Assembly: GCA_036380735.1 (NCBI GenBank)
Contig: DASVEE010000015.1
Coordinates: 48,954-112,953 of the forward strand
DNA length: 64,000 nt
Origin: Thermoanaerobaculia bacterium
GTDB taxonomy: Bacteria; Acidobacteriota; Thermoanaerobaculia; Gp7-AA8
Direction of reading: 5' to 3'
Shown here: piece by piece, positions 20,037 through 28,786 of the stretch
Position numbering within the stretch: the first letter of the stretch is position 1
Layout of the letters: each line of letters starts with the position of its first letter
Program-made: the position numbers and the translations under genes
Notes under the pieces: generated by a model
Told to the model about the DNA's origin: nothing
Seen by the model: only the letters and a program-made list of their open reading frames with translations
The model's database searches: none

Positions 20037-20798
20037 TCATTTCGCGCTGAGCGCCTTCGCCTCGCGCAGCATCTCGTCGGCGCGGGCCCGGACGCGGTAA
20101 TCCTCCGTCAGGTTGCGCCAGCGCACGACGCCGTTGCGATCGATCAGGAACTCCGCCGGCCGTGCGGTCGGTCCGCCGCCCATGCCGGATTTCTCGTGGA
20201 GCAGGTCGTAGCGGCGAATGACGTTACCTTTAGGATCGCCGAGAAATGTGTACGAAAATGCAGATCCGTAATGCTTCTTGGTGACCTCGGCGGGATCGAT
20301 GCTGATCGCGATCGGCTTCACGCCGGCCGCTTCGAATTCGGGAAGACGCTGCTGGATACTCCGTAACTCGGAGTTGCAGAACGGTCACCAGTAGCCGCGG
20401 TAGAAGATGAGCAGGACGCCGTTCGAGCCGGCGAGCGTCTGCGACAGCGTGACCGGCTTGCCGTTCGTGTCGGCCAGCGTGAAGTCGGGCGCCTTCTGTC
20501 CCGGAGCCGGCGAGCCCGCCGCGCCCGGCATCCCGCCGCGCGTGGAGGCGATCGCGAAGACGAAGGCGCCGGCGATGACCACCCCCAGCACGGCCACGAT
20601 CGAGGCCAGCACTTTTTTCGGCGCCCGTCGCCAGCCGGTGACGAGGAGCACCAGCGCGAGGACGAAAAGGGCGTAGTTCACCCAGGGCACATCGCGCGTG
20701 ACGGGATAGTTGACGAACACCGTGAAGTAGGTGAGGAACGCGGCCACACAAAGCAGTAGCCCCGTCCAGAGCGGCCAGTTGAAGCGTTTCTGCTGCAT
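20037..20798 (-). CDS. Redoxin (AhpC/TSA / thioredoxin-fold) with in-frame TGA at the first Cys of the CxxC motif; candidate selenoprotein (UxxC), or a pseudogene
   Basis: One continuous reading frame across two ORF-track fragments; ...GVLLIFYRGYW-TGA-PFCNSELRSIQQRLPEFEAAGVKPIAISID...; the TGA at 20385-20387 falls exactly where Cys is expected; N-terminal TM anchor. Confidence 0.55.
20345..20384 (-). promoter_or_regulatory. Candidate bacterial SECIS-like stem-loop immediately 3' of the in-frame UGA
   Basis: mRNA CUGC-A-ACUCCG-AGUUA-CGGAGU-AUCCA-GCAG beginning about 8 nt after the UGA: 6-bp upper stem, 5-nt loop, 4-bp lower stem. Confidence 0.3.
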
Positions 20799-20872
20799 AG
20801 CCGGAATGATAATGAAACCCACGGCACAAAAAAGACACGATCCCGGTGGCCAGCAAGGGTTGGGCGGCTCAT

Positions 20873-20914
20873 GGGGTCCTATAGGTCCTATCCGTCCATA
20901 CGTCCTATCGTCTC
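20873..20914. repeat. Single-arm GTCCTAT-type tandem array
   Basis: ggggtcctataggtcctatccgtccatacgtcctatcgtctcc; no clear complementary arm. Confidence 0.6.
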
Positions 20915-21006
20915 CCCCTGCCCCTGGTACCGCACCCATCCTTCCCATGGCAGCGAACTTGCGTCCGGCGCCTTGTGGTACAACTAACTCCTCGGACTGG
21001 GCGGGC

Positions 21007-22947
21007 ATGCGTAAATTCCTGATTCTCTTCATCGTTGTTCTTCTTGCGACTCCGGCATTCGCACAGTGGCGGCGGGCGGGTCTCTACGGCGCCGACGTCC
21101 GTGCGCTCATCGTCGACCCGAACGAGCCGGACACGCTCTATCTCGGCACCAGCAGTGGTGAGGTTTACTACTCGGTCGACGGCGCGAAGACGTGGCTGAA
21201 CCCGAGGAACGGCATCCCGTTCCCGAATCACGTCGTGGACAACCTGGTCATCGACCGCGCCGGACGCCTCTGGGTGGCCGCGTGGGGTCTCTGGGGCGGC
21301 GGCGTCATCGCCGTCTCGAACGACCGCGGACGCACCTGGACGCGCCGTGACGCCGGACTCGAGGACTTCTCCGTCCGCGCCATCGCGCTCGATCAGAAGG
21401 ACCCGAACTACGTCGTCGTCGGCGGCCTGACGGGCGTGTACCGCAGCAAGGACGGCGGCGAGCAGTGGCAGAAGATCTCCGAACAGATCAACGTCGAATC
21501 GCTGGCCATCGATCCCCGCTCGCGCGAGCGCATCTTCGTCGGCACGTGGCGCCAGGGATGGCGCACCGACGACGGCGGCAAGAACTGGAAGCACATCGCG
21601 AACGGCATGGTGCTGGACACCGACATGTTCTCGATCACCATCGACGCGAAGAACCCCGACAACATGTGGGTGGCGACGTGCGGCTGGGTCTACAACACGA
21701 AGAACAGCGGCGACCTCTGGACGCGCTACCGCGACGGCTTCAACAACCGCCGCATCCACGCCGTGGAGATCGACCCGTGCAACGCCGACACGGTCTACGC
21801 CGGCTCGGTGGCGGGACTCTACCGCTCCGAAGATCACGGCAAGTCGTGGTACGTCGTCTCCGATGAAGGACTGGTCATCAACTCGATCGTCCTGCATCCG
21901 CAGCGCCCCAACCGCATCATCCTCGCCGTCGAAGGCGATGGCGTTTACGTCTCGCACGACCGTGGGAAGACGCTGAAGCGCACCGCCGACGGGCTGCACA
22001 ACCTCCGCATCACCAGCGTCGTGGCCGACCCGGTCGAAAAGGACCGCGTCTACGCCGCCGTCGCTTTCGGCGGTCAGGCCTCCGGCATCTACTCCTCGGA
22101 GGACGCCGGAAAGACGTGGGCCAAGATGAGCCACGGTGCGACGCTCCCGGAAGTGCTGTCGCTGACGGTCGCCCCGGAGCCCGACGCCGAGGTGCGCTTT
22201 TTCGCCGGCACCGAGAAAGGCTTCTTCTTTAGCAAGGACGGCAAAGAGTGGACGCAGGCGGAGCCTTCCAGCTTCCCGCTGCGCGTGGCGAAGGTCGTCC
22301 GCTTCAACCGCAACCGCTACTTCGCGGCGACGAGTGAAGGCGTGTTCACCTCGAAGGACGGTGGCCAGAACTGGTACCGCCTCGCCGACTCCGACCGCCG
22401 CACCGTCGACATCGCCATCGGCAACGTCGGCGGCAAGCAGGCGCTCTTCGCCCTCACCTCCGATGGCGTGAAGGTCTACGACAGCGGCCGCTGGGCCCCG
22501 GTCGCCGACGCCCCGTCGCAGGGACGCACGCTCGCCGTCCGCAACGTCGCCGGGGGACAGCTCGTCTTCGTCGCCGGCGCGCATGGCGTCAAATCCGGCC
22601 GCATCGACGACGAGCGCCGCTGGCAGCCGGTCGAAGCTCCCGACGCGCAGTACGCCTCCGTCCTCAGCGGCACCCGCTCGGCCGGACAGATGCTGTTCCT
22701 CACGTCACGCCAGCAGCGCGAGATCCTCGTCGGTGACGCCAACGAGAACGACTGGCTGGAACTGGTGATGCCGACACGCAACACCGAGGTCACCGCCGTC
22801 TCCCCCGATCCCTTCGCCGGCGACCGCTACTACGTGGCCACCCTCGGCGAAGGCGTCTACGTCTACGAGGGCAAGACCCGCAAGTACGTGAAGAAGGTCA
22901 CGCCGCCCGCGGAAGAGCGCGCAGCGCTGACCGGCGGGGCCAAGTGA
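21007..22947 (+). CDS. Secreted BNR/Asp-box repeat beta-propeller protein (Ycf48-like / sialidase-like)
   Basis: Signal peptide MRKFLILFIVVLLATPAFA and many S/x-DxGxTW Asp-box repeats (SVDGAKTW, SNDRGRTW, SKDGGEQW, TDDGGKNW, SEDHGKSW, SHDRGKTL, SEDAGKTW, SKDGKEW, SKDGGQNW). Confidence 0.8.
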   Translation: MRKFLILFIVVLLATPAFAQWRRAGLYGADVRALIVDPNEPDTLYLGTSSGEVYYSVDGAKTWLNPRNGIPFPNHVVDNLVIDRAGRLWVAAWGLWGGGVIAVSNDRGRTWTRRDAGLEDFSVRAIALDQKDPNYVVVGGLTGVYRSKDGGEQWQKISEQINVESLAIDPRSRERIFVGTWRQGWRTDDGGKNWKHIANGMVLDTDMFSITIDAKNPDNMWVATCGWVYNTKNSGDLWTRYRDGFNNRRIHAVEIDPCNADTVYAGSVAGLYRSEDHGKSWYVVSDEGLVINSIVLHPQRPNRIILAVEGDGVYVSHDRGKTLKRTADGLHNLRITSVVADPVEKDRVYAAVAFGGQASGIYSSEDAGKTWAKMSHGATLPEVLSLTVAPEPDAEVRFFAGTEKGFFFSKDGKEWTQAEPSSFPLRVAKVVRFNRNRYFAATSEGVFTSKDGGQNWYRLADSDRRTVDIAIGNVGGKQALFALTSDGVKVYDSGRWAPVADAPSQGRTLAVRNVAGGQLVFVAGAHGVKSGRIDDERRWQPVEAPDAQYASVLSGTRSAGQMLFLTSRQQREILVGDANENDWLELVMPTRNTEVTAVSPDPFAGDRYYVATLGEGVYVYEGKTRKYVKKVTPPAEERAALTGGAK

Positions 22948-22950
22948 TGC

Positions 22951-23096
22951 GAACTTCGAATGAAGAATTTCGAATGAAGAATTGAGGTGCGCCGCTTCGC
23001 GGCGGCGCTGTTCATAGCTGCGGTGGCGAAGCCACCGCACACCACAATTCGAAATTCGAACCTCTTCATTCGAACTTCGAAATTCGCCTCTCCTCG
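22951..23096. repeat. Tandem-repeat-armed hairpin element (GAATGAA/GAATTTC/GAACTTC heptamer arms) with long GC-rich core
   Basis: gaacttcgaatgaagaatttcgaatgaagaattg ... aattcgaaattcgaacctcttcattcgaacttcgaaattcg; the core is itself palindromic (cgcttcgcggcggcgctg ... cggtggcgaagccaccg). Confidence 0.85.
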
Positions 23097-23102
23097 AGGC
23101 CT

Positions 23103-23576
23103 TCACCTCGGATCAAAGTATCTGACCGCCATGAACCCCACGCCCTTCTGGCCGTTCTCCGACTTCGGGTCATCGGACAGCACGACGATGACGTTGGGCA
23201 GACGGTCGTCGTAGATCAGGACCGACTTCGTCCCTTTCTTCGGTTGACCGAGGGTCTTGGTCAGGAACTGCTTTTCCTCGGCGAAGGCCTTGCGGACCTC
23301 GGGGAGAAACGAGAACAGCTCGAAGCGGACGGACTTCAGCCGCTCCTTCTGGAACTCCAGGGTGAGGGCGCGCTCGTCGGTGTAGTCGACGAGCATTTCG
23401 TCCGCCTTTTTCCCCTGCTTCACCTGCCAGCCGCCGTCGGAGAGGGTGCGGACGGCGTCGGCGCGGCTCATGCCAATCGTGAGACGGAACGATTCGGGGC
23501 GCATCCAGCCGGTCTGACTGGCGGAGGGGAAGGCCGTGGCGGCCGAGAGCAGGAGAGTGAGGATCGTCGTGAGCAT
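23103..23576 (-). CDS. Hypothetical secreted protein
   Basis: Signal peptide only; no recognisable motifs. Confidence 0.4.
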   Translation of the reverse strand: MLTTILTLLLSAATAFPSASQTGWMRPESFRLTIGMSRADAVRTLSDGGWQVKQGKKADEMLVDYTDERALTLEFQKERLKSVRFELFSFLPEVRKAFAEEKQFLTKTLGQPKKGTKSVLIYDDRLPNVIVVLSDDPKSENGQKGVGFMAVRYFDPR

Positions 23577-24257
23577 TCAGTGTATGTACGGAGAGTCCGG
23601 ACGGGCCGTCGAGCGGCGGGACTGCACGATGGAGGTGGCGAGGAGGACGCGGCGGCCGATCTCGTCCCACTGCTGCGTCTTGACGAGGTCCGGCATCGCC
23701 AGCGAGCCGCCGAGGTTCACGGCGACGCAGCCGGCGTCGAGATAGGAGTCGATGTATTCGAGCGTCACGAGTCCGCCGGCGAGCATCGGGATGTCGCGCA
23801 GCGGTCCGCGGATCGTGCGGATGTAATCGGGTCCGCCGAGCTGCGGCGCGGGGTAGACCTTGACGATGTCGCAGCCCGCTTCCCAGGCGCGCACGATCTC
23901 GGTCGGCGTGGCCGCTCCGGCGACGGAGAGCATGTCGTTCTCGATCGAATAGTCGATGAGGCGGACGTCGGTGTGCGGCGAGACGATGACTTCCGCCCCG
24001 GCGCGACGGGCCAGCGCCGCGTCGTTCGTGCTGCGAACCGTTCCGGCCGCGACGACGATGCCCTGATCCTTGTAGCGCTGCACCATCTTCCCGATCAGCT
24101 CGACGGCGTCGGGCGTGGTGAGGGTGATCTCGAGGACCCGGATTCCGTTACGGGCATAAGCATCAGCGACGGACTCGGCAATGCGAGCGTCATCTTCGCG
24201 AACGACGCCGACGATCTGTTCCGAGCAGACGCGGCGCAAGAGCTCCTTGCGTGACAT
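23577..24257 (-). CDS. eda: KDPG / KHG aldolase (Eda family)
   Basis: ...GIRVLEITLTTPDA...VAAGTV...GAEVIVSPH...VKVYPA... typical of Eda TIM-barrel aldolases. Confidence 0.75.
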   Translation of the reverse strand: MSRKELLRRVCSEQIVGVVREDDARIAESVADAYARNGIRVLEITLTTPDAVELIGKMVQRYKDQGIVVAAGTVRSTNDAALARRAGAEVIVSPHTDVRLIDYSIENDMLSVAGAATPTEIVRAWEAGCDIVKVYPAPQLGGPDYIRTIRGPLRDIPMLAGGLVTLEYIDSYLDAGCVAVNLGGSLAMPDLVKTQQWDEIGRRVLLATSIVQSRRSTARPDSPYIH

Positions 24258-24280
24258 GCGGGTAGGGTAGCACGCGCGAT

Positions 24281-24362
24281 TTATGGGACTAATAGGGCAC
24301 ACACTTCTGCCTCTGTCCTATACGTCCCATTCGTCCTATCGGTCCTATACGTCCTATCGTTC
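24281..24362. repeat. GTCCTAT-type tandem array with weak complementary left arm
   Basis: tatgggactaatagggcac ... tgtcctatacgtcccattcgtcctatcggtcctatacgtcctatcgttcc. Confidence 0.65.
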
Positions 24363-24371
24363 CCCGGCGAT

Positions 24372-26660
24372 TCAATGCACCTTGGCAATCAGACGCCCGA
24401 AGGCCGCCTCTCCGCGAAGTACATCCAGCCGCGGGTCTACCGCCAGAAAGACCATCCAGGCGCTGCGCTCCGCGAAGGCTTCTTCCAGTTTGGCCAGCGC
24501 CGCCGCGCGGTCGCCTAAGCCGGCGTGCACGATGGCGATGTCGTACGCGGAGATGTACCGCTGCTGCGCCTCGTTCATCAGCTCCGCCAGCAGCGCCTCC
24601 GCTTCGCTCCTCCGCCCGGCGATGGCGTACGTGTGGGCCAGCATCGCGCGCAGGATCGGGATGCGGTCCACTTCCAGCGCCCGGCGGAAGGCGTCGAGCG
24701 CTTCGTCGTAGCGGTGCTGCTGCCCGAGGGCCATGCCGAGCCAGCCGTGGGCGGGGATGAAGTTCTCGTCGAGCTCCAGCGCCTTGCGGAAGCGGCGGAT
24801 CGCCGTCTCGTGATCGCGGGCGAAGTAGAACGGCCACCCGGCGTGCACGGCGATGATCAGCGACAGCGGATCGAGGTCGCCCGCCTTCGTCACCTGCTCG
24901 ATCGCCTCGGACGGCCGGTTCCGCGCGCACAGCAGCATGGCGTAGCCGTCGTGTGCCGTGGCGTAGTTTGGATTCAGCTCGATGGCGCGGCGGTACGCCT
25001 GCTCGGCGCCATCCCAGTCCCAGTCGAACCACCACTTCACCGCGCCGAGCGACGCCCACGCTTCGGCGAGCCCGTCGTCGATCTCCAGCGCGCGCATCGC
25101 CGCCGCTTTCGCCTTCGGCATCGCGTCGTTCGGCGGCAGCGGGATGTTGGTGGCCAGCGTCATGAACGAGTCGGCCAAGCCGGCGTACGCGGAGGCGAAC
25201 GACGGATCGGATTCGATCGCCTCGCGGAAGAACGTGATGCCGCGCTTGAGGCTCTCCTCCGTCCGTTTGTTCCAGTGGTAGCGCCCCTTGAGGTAGAGCT
25301 GGTACGCCTCGCTGTTCTCCGTCTGCCGCTTGCGCAGCTTCTTTTTCTCCGCGCCGGTCAGCTTGAGGCGCAGCTTCTCCGTGATCTCGCGCGCCATCTC
25401 TTCCTGCAGCTTGAGGATGTCCGCGAGCTCGCGGTTGTACGTTTCGCCCCAGAGCTGCGAGCCGTCGAACGAATCGACCAGCTCCACGTTGATGAGGAAG
25501 CGATCGCCGAGCTGCGCCAGTCTGCCGGTGAGCACCGCGCGCACGCGCAGCTCGCGGCCGGCCTGTTGCGCATCGGTCTCGCGGTTCTTGTAGCGGAAGA
25601 CGGTGCTGCGCGCCATCACCTTCAGCTTCGGCAGTTGCGACAGCTTGTTGATGATCGCCTCGGTGATGCCGTCGCTGAGGTACTCCGCGTTCGGATCGTT
25701 CGTCGCGTTGCGCAGCGGCAGCACGGCGATGGAATCGATCGACTTCGAGCGGCGCGTGCTCGTCAGCTTCCGCACCAGCTCCCCCTTCATGGTGGAGGAG
25801 CTGCTGCCGATCGCGCGCAGCGTCAGCGCGAGGTCGCGTGTCGACTGGAAGCGCGAGGAGGGGTTCTTCTCGACGCAGCCTTCGATGATGCGCTGGAACT
25901 CGGGTGGTACGGCCTCAGCGAGGAGGTCGCGCGGCAGGTCTTCCTTGAGGATCGCCGCGATGGTGGCAGCGCCGGAGTCGCGGTGGAACGGCTTCCGCGA
26001 GGTGACCATCTCGAAGAGGATGCAGCCGAGGGCGAAGATGTCGGCGGTCGGATCGACGGCTTCGCCGCGGAGCTGCTCGGGCGACATGTAGCCGAGCGTG
26101 CCGATCACCGTGCCCGGATCCGTCTGGAACCACTTCGTGGTGGGGATGTTCGCTTCGTCGCGCTGCATGAGCAGCGGATCGGTCTGCGCGAGCCCGAAGT
26201 CGAGGATCTTCACACGCCCGTCGGCGGTGAGGAAGATGTTCTCCGGCTTCAGGTCGCGATGGATGACCGACTTCGCATGCGCCACCGCCAGCCCTTCGGC
26301 CACTTCGGCGCCGACTTCGACGGCGCGGCGCCAGTTGAGCGGCATGTGCTGCAGCTGATCGCGCAGCGTGCGGCCTTCGAGCAGCTCCATGACCACGTAG
26401 AACGTGCCGTTCTCCCGGCCGACGTCGTGGACGGCGACCAGGTTCGGATGCGACAGCGCGGCGATGGCGCGCGCCTCCCGCTCGAAGCGCGCGACCGCTT
26501 CGGCGTCATGTTGCGAGTCGCGGTGAAGGATCTTGATGGCGACGTCCCGCCCGAGCCGCGGGTCGCGTCCCCGCCAGACCTGCCCCATCCCGCCTTCGCC
26601 CAGGAGCGAAAGCACGTCATAGGGGCCGATCCTGGAGCCGGCGGACAGCACGGGGGACAT
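24372..26660 (-). CDS. Serine/threonine protein kinase with C-terminal TPR repeats
   Basis: GEGGMGQVWRG...VAIK, HRDLKPENI, DFGLA and SPEQ motifs; the C-terminal half is TPR repeats. Confidence 0.9.
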   Translation of the reverse strand: MSPVLSAGSRIGPYDVLSLLGEGGMGQVWRGRDPRLGRDVAIKILHRDSQHDAEAVARFEREARAIAALSHPNLVAVHDVGRENGTFYVVMELLEGRTLRDQLQHMPLNWRRAVEVGAEVAEGLAVAHAKSVIHRDLKPENIFLTADGRVKILDFGLAQTDPLLMQRDEANIPTTKWFQTDPGTVIGTLGYMSPEQLRGEAVDPTADIFALGCILFEMVTSRKPFHRDSGAATIAAILKEDLPRDLLAEAVPPEFQRIIEGCVEKNPSSRFQSTRDLALTLRAIGSSSSTMKGELVRKLTSTRRSKSIDSIAVLPLRNATNDPNAEYLSDGITEAIINKLSQLPKLKVMARSTVFRYKNRETDAQQAGRELRVRAVLTGRLAQLGDRFLINVELVDSFDGSQLWGETYNRELADILKLQEEMAREITEKLRLKLTGAEKKKLRKRQTENSEAYQLYLKGRYHWNKRTEESLKRGITFFREAIESDPSFASAYAGLADSFMTLATNIPLPPNDAMPKAKAAAMRALEIDDGLAEAWASLGAVKWWFDWDWDGAEQAYRRAIELNPNYATAHDGYAMLLCARNRPSEAIEQVTKAGDLDPLSLIIAVHAGWPFYFARDHETAIRRFRKALELDENFIPAHGWLGMALGQQHRYDEALDAFRRALEVDRIPILRAMLAHTYAIAGRRSEAEALLAELMNEAQQRYISAYDIAIVHAGLGDRAAALAKLEEAFAERSAWMVFLAVDPRLDVLRGEAAFGRLIAKVH

Positions 26661-26703
26661 TGTAGATGGGGAGGGACCAACCAACGGGCGATACCGATGA
26701 ACC

Positions 26704-26805
26704 GAATTAAGAATTTCGAATTTCGAATGAAGAATGGCTGCGCTGTCCGGGGGCAGACCGTGGGTGGGGGGGACTTCGAAATTCGAAATTCGAAATTCTT
26801 AATTC
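26704..26805. repeat. Tandem-repeat-armed hairpin element (GAATTTC/GAATGAA heptamer arms), core GGCTGCGCTG...
   Basis: gaattaagaatttcgaatttcgaatgaagaat-ggctgcgctgtccgggggcagaccgtgggtggggggga-cttcgaaattcgaaattcgaaattcttaattc. Confidence 0.85.
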
Positions 26806-26912
26806 ACTCTCCGCCCCCTAAATCCCGAACGATCCGCGATCCAGTTCTCCCCGCCCCCAACGCGACCCCGCTCACAGTCCCCCGCCCACCAACTGGTTTA
26901 ACATCCCGCCCC

Positions 26913-27911
26913 ATGGTCCTGATCAACAAGGCGATCAACGAGGTGACGGTCAAGCTGGTCTACTACGGCCCGGGCCTCTGCGGCAAAACCACGAACCTGG
27001 AAAAGATCTACGGCAACCCGAAGCTCGAGAACAAAGGGAAGATGATCTCGATGGCGACGGAGACCGACCGGACGCTGTTCTTCGACTTCATGCCGATGGA
27101 GCTCGGCACGATCGCCGGGCAGAAGGTGCGTGTGCAGCTCTACACGGTGCCGGGGCAGGTGTTCTACGACGCCACGCGCAAGCTCGTCCTGCGCGGCGCC
27201 GACGGCGTCGTCTTCGTGGCCGACTCGCAGAAGTCGATGCGCGAGTCGAACCTCGTCAGCCTGGAGAACCTGAAGACGAACCTGCGCATCAACCGCATCG
27301 ATCCGGACAAGGTGGCGATCGTCTTCCAGTACAACAAGCGCGATCTGCCGACGGCGGCCACGGTCGAAGAGATGACGGAGTACCTCGAGCCGGGCAATGC
27401 GCCGATCGTCGAAGCGTCGGCCATCAACGGCGCCGGCGTGACGGCGACGCTGCGCGCGGCGGTCTCGAAGATCCTCGACAACCTGAAGAACAACGTCGAC
27501 GTGACGCTGTACGAAGCGGCGCCGCTGGCCGCGCCCGACATGACGCAGAAAGCGGGCGTGACGCCGTCGTCCGCCGGCACGCCGAAGCTGTCGATGAAGA
27601 ACGAAAACCTCATGCGCACCGACCCGGTGCCGGTCGCGTCGTTGCCCCCGGAGCCCGAGCCCGCGCCCTTCGAGGTGCCGTTCGCCGCCGTCGAAGCCGC
27701 GGTCGATACCGCCTTCGACAGCGCCATCGACACCTCGATCGCGGTCGAAGTCCAGGACGATCCGTTCGCCTCGCATCACGAAGAGGAGCCGCGCATCGAC
27801 CTCTCCGCCATGCTGGCAAGCGCCCGCGCGGTCGTGGCGTCGCTGGAAGCCGCGCTGGAAAAAGCGCGGGAACATGAACGGTCGATCCAGGAACAGATGA
27901 ACCGCGGATAG
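26913..27911 (+). CDS. MglA-like Ras-superfamily small GTPase with about 130-aa low-complexity C-terminal extension
   Basis: VKLVYYGPGLCGKTTNLEKI (P-loop), LYTVPGQ (switch II), FQYNKRDL (NKxD); no MglB/roadblock partner adjacent; gene bracketed by two same-family repeat hairpins. Confidence 0.75.
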   Translation: MVLINKAINEVTVKLVYYGPGLCGKTTNLEKIYGNPKLENKGKMISMATETDRTLFFDFMPMELGTIAGQKVRVQLYTVPGQVFYDATRKLVLRGADGVVFVADSQKSMRESNLVSLENLKTNLRINRIDPDKVAIVFQYNKRDLPTAATVEEMTEYLEPGNAPIVEASAINGAGVTATLRAAVSKILDNLKNNVDVTLYEAAPLAAPDMTQKAGVTPSSAGTPKLSMKNENLMRTDPVPVASLPPEPEPAPFEVPFAAVEAAVDTAFDSAIDTSIAVEVQDDPFASHHEEEPRIDLSAMLASARAVVASLEAALEKAREHERSIQEQMNRG

Positions 27912-27915
27912 GCCG

Positions 27916-28010
27916 GAATTTCGAATGAAGAATTTCGAAGTTCGAATGAAGAATGGCTGCTGGCCAGTGCGTTTCTAAATTCAACATTCGAAATTCGAAA
28001 TTCTTCATTC
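27916..28010. repeat. Tandem-repeat-armed hairpin element (GAATTTC/GAATGAA heptamer arms), core GGCTGCTGGCCAGTGCG
   Basis: gaatttcgaatgaagaatttcgaagttcgaatgaagaat ... aaattcaacattcgaaattcgaaattcttcattc. Confidence 0.85.
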
Positions 28011-28072
28011 ACCGTTTCCCTCATCCTCACGTCGTTCCTACTCCCCACCTGTTATAAAGTGCCCCCCGCCCA

Positions 28073-28786
28073 ATGACCTGGTACCAGGAATGGTTCGGCG
28101 AGGAGTACCTCGAGCTCTACGCCTACCGCGATGAAGAGGAAGCGCGGCAGCAGGTCTCCTTCTTTCGCGAGCAGTGCGGCCTCTTTCGCGGACCGGTGCT
28201 CGATCTCGCGTGCGGGATGGGTCGGCACATGGACGAGCTGCGCACCGCCGGCTACGAGCCCGTCGGCTGCGACCTCTCCTACACGCTGCTGCGCACCGGC
28301 ATCACGCAATACGGCACGATGCCCGTCGTGCGGGCCGACATGCGCAGCCTGCCGTTCTGTGACGACACGTTCGACGGCCTGGTCAACTTCTTCACGAGCT
28401 TCGGCTACTTCGCCACGGAAGACGAAAACCTCCAGGTCGTCCGCGAGATGGCGCGCGTCCTCAGCAACAACTCGCCCTTCCTCTTCGACTACCTCAACGT
28501 CCATCGCGAGCTCGAGAAGATGGTGCAGCGGGAGACGCGCACGACGCCGACGGGCGAGGTGAAGCTCGAGCGCTGGTTCGACGGATCTGACCGCTCCTTC
28601 AACAAGCGGATAACGATCGGTGACAAGCGCTATCTGGAGCGGGTTCGCGGCTACGATCTCGACGAAATCTCGATGATGTTCACTTCCTGCAACCTCGCGA
28701 TCCGCAGCGCCTTCGGCGACTTCGACGGCTCGCCGTTCACGCACACCTCGCCGCGGCTGATCCTCGTCGGGAGCTACATCCGATGA
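28073..28786 (+). CDS. Class I SAM-dependent methyltransferase; candidate N-methyl-bacillithiol synthase (NmbA-like), by context
   Basis: VLDLACGMGRH (motif I); overlaps the bshC start (ATGA). Confidence 0.6.
   Translation: MTWYQEWFGEEYLELYAYRDEEEARQQVSFFREQCGLFRGPVLDLACGMGRHMDELRTAGYEPVGCDLSYTLLRTGITQYGTMPVVRADMRSLPFCDDTFDGLVNFFTSFGYFATEDENLQVVREMARVLSNNSPFLFDYLNVHRELEKMVQRETRTTPTGEVKLERWFDGSDRSFNKRITIGDKRYLERVRGYDLDEISMMFTSCNLAIRSAFGDFDGSPFTHTSPRLILVGSYIR

Noticed and set aside
20322-20387. The redoxin interpreted as two separate genes or a simple frameshifted pseudogene.
   Set aside because: The two fragments are in the same frame, separated only by one TGA that falls exactly on the catalytic Cys codon of the CxxC motif, with a stem-loop immediately downstream. 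Selenocysteine recoding is more parsimonious. A pseudogene remains possible and is listed in the finding as what would refute it.
24525-26900. The 1128-aa plus-strand ORF 24525..27911.
   Set aside because: Only the C-terminal 332 aa (from MVLINKAINE at 26913) show a real protein signature, the MglA-like GTPase. The upstream 800 aa are antisense to the well-supported Ser/Thr kinase gene and are low-complexity Arg/Ala/Gly-rich, typical of spurious ORFs in high-GC DNA.
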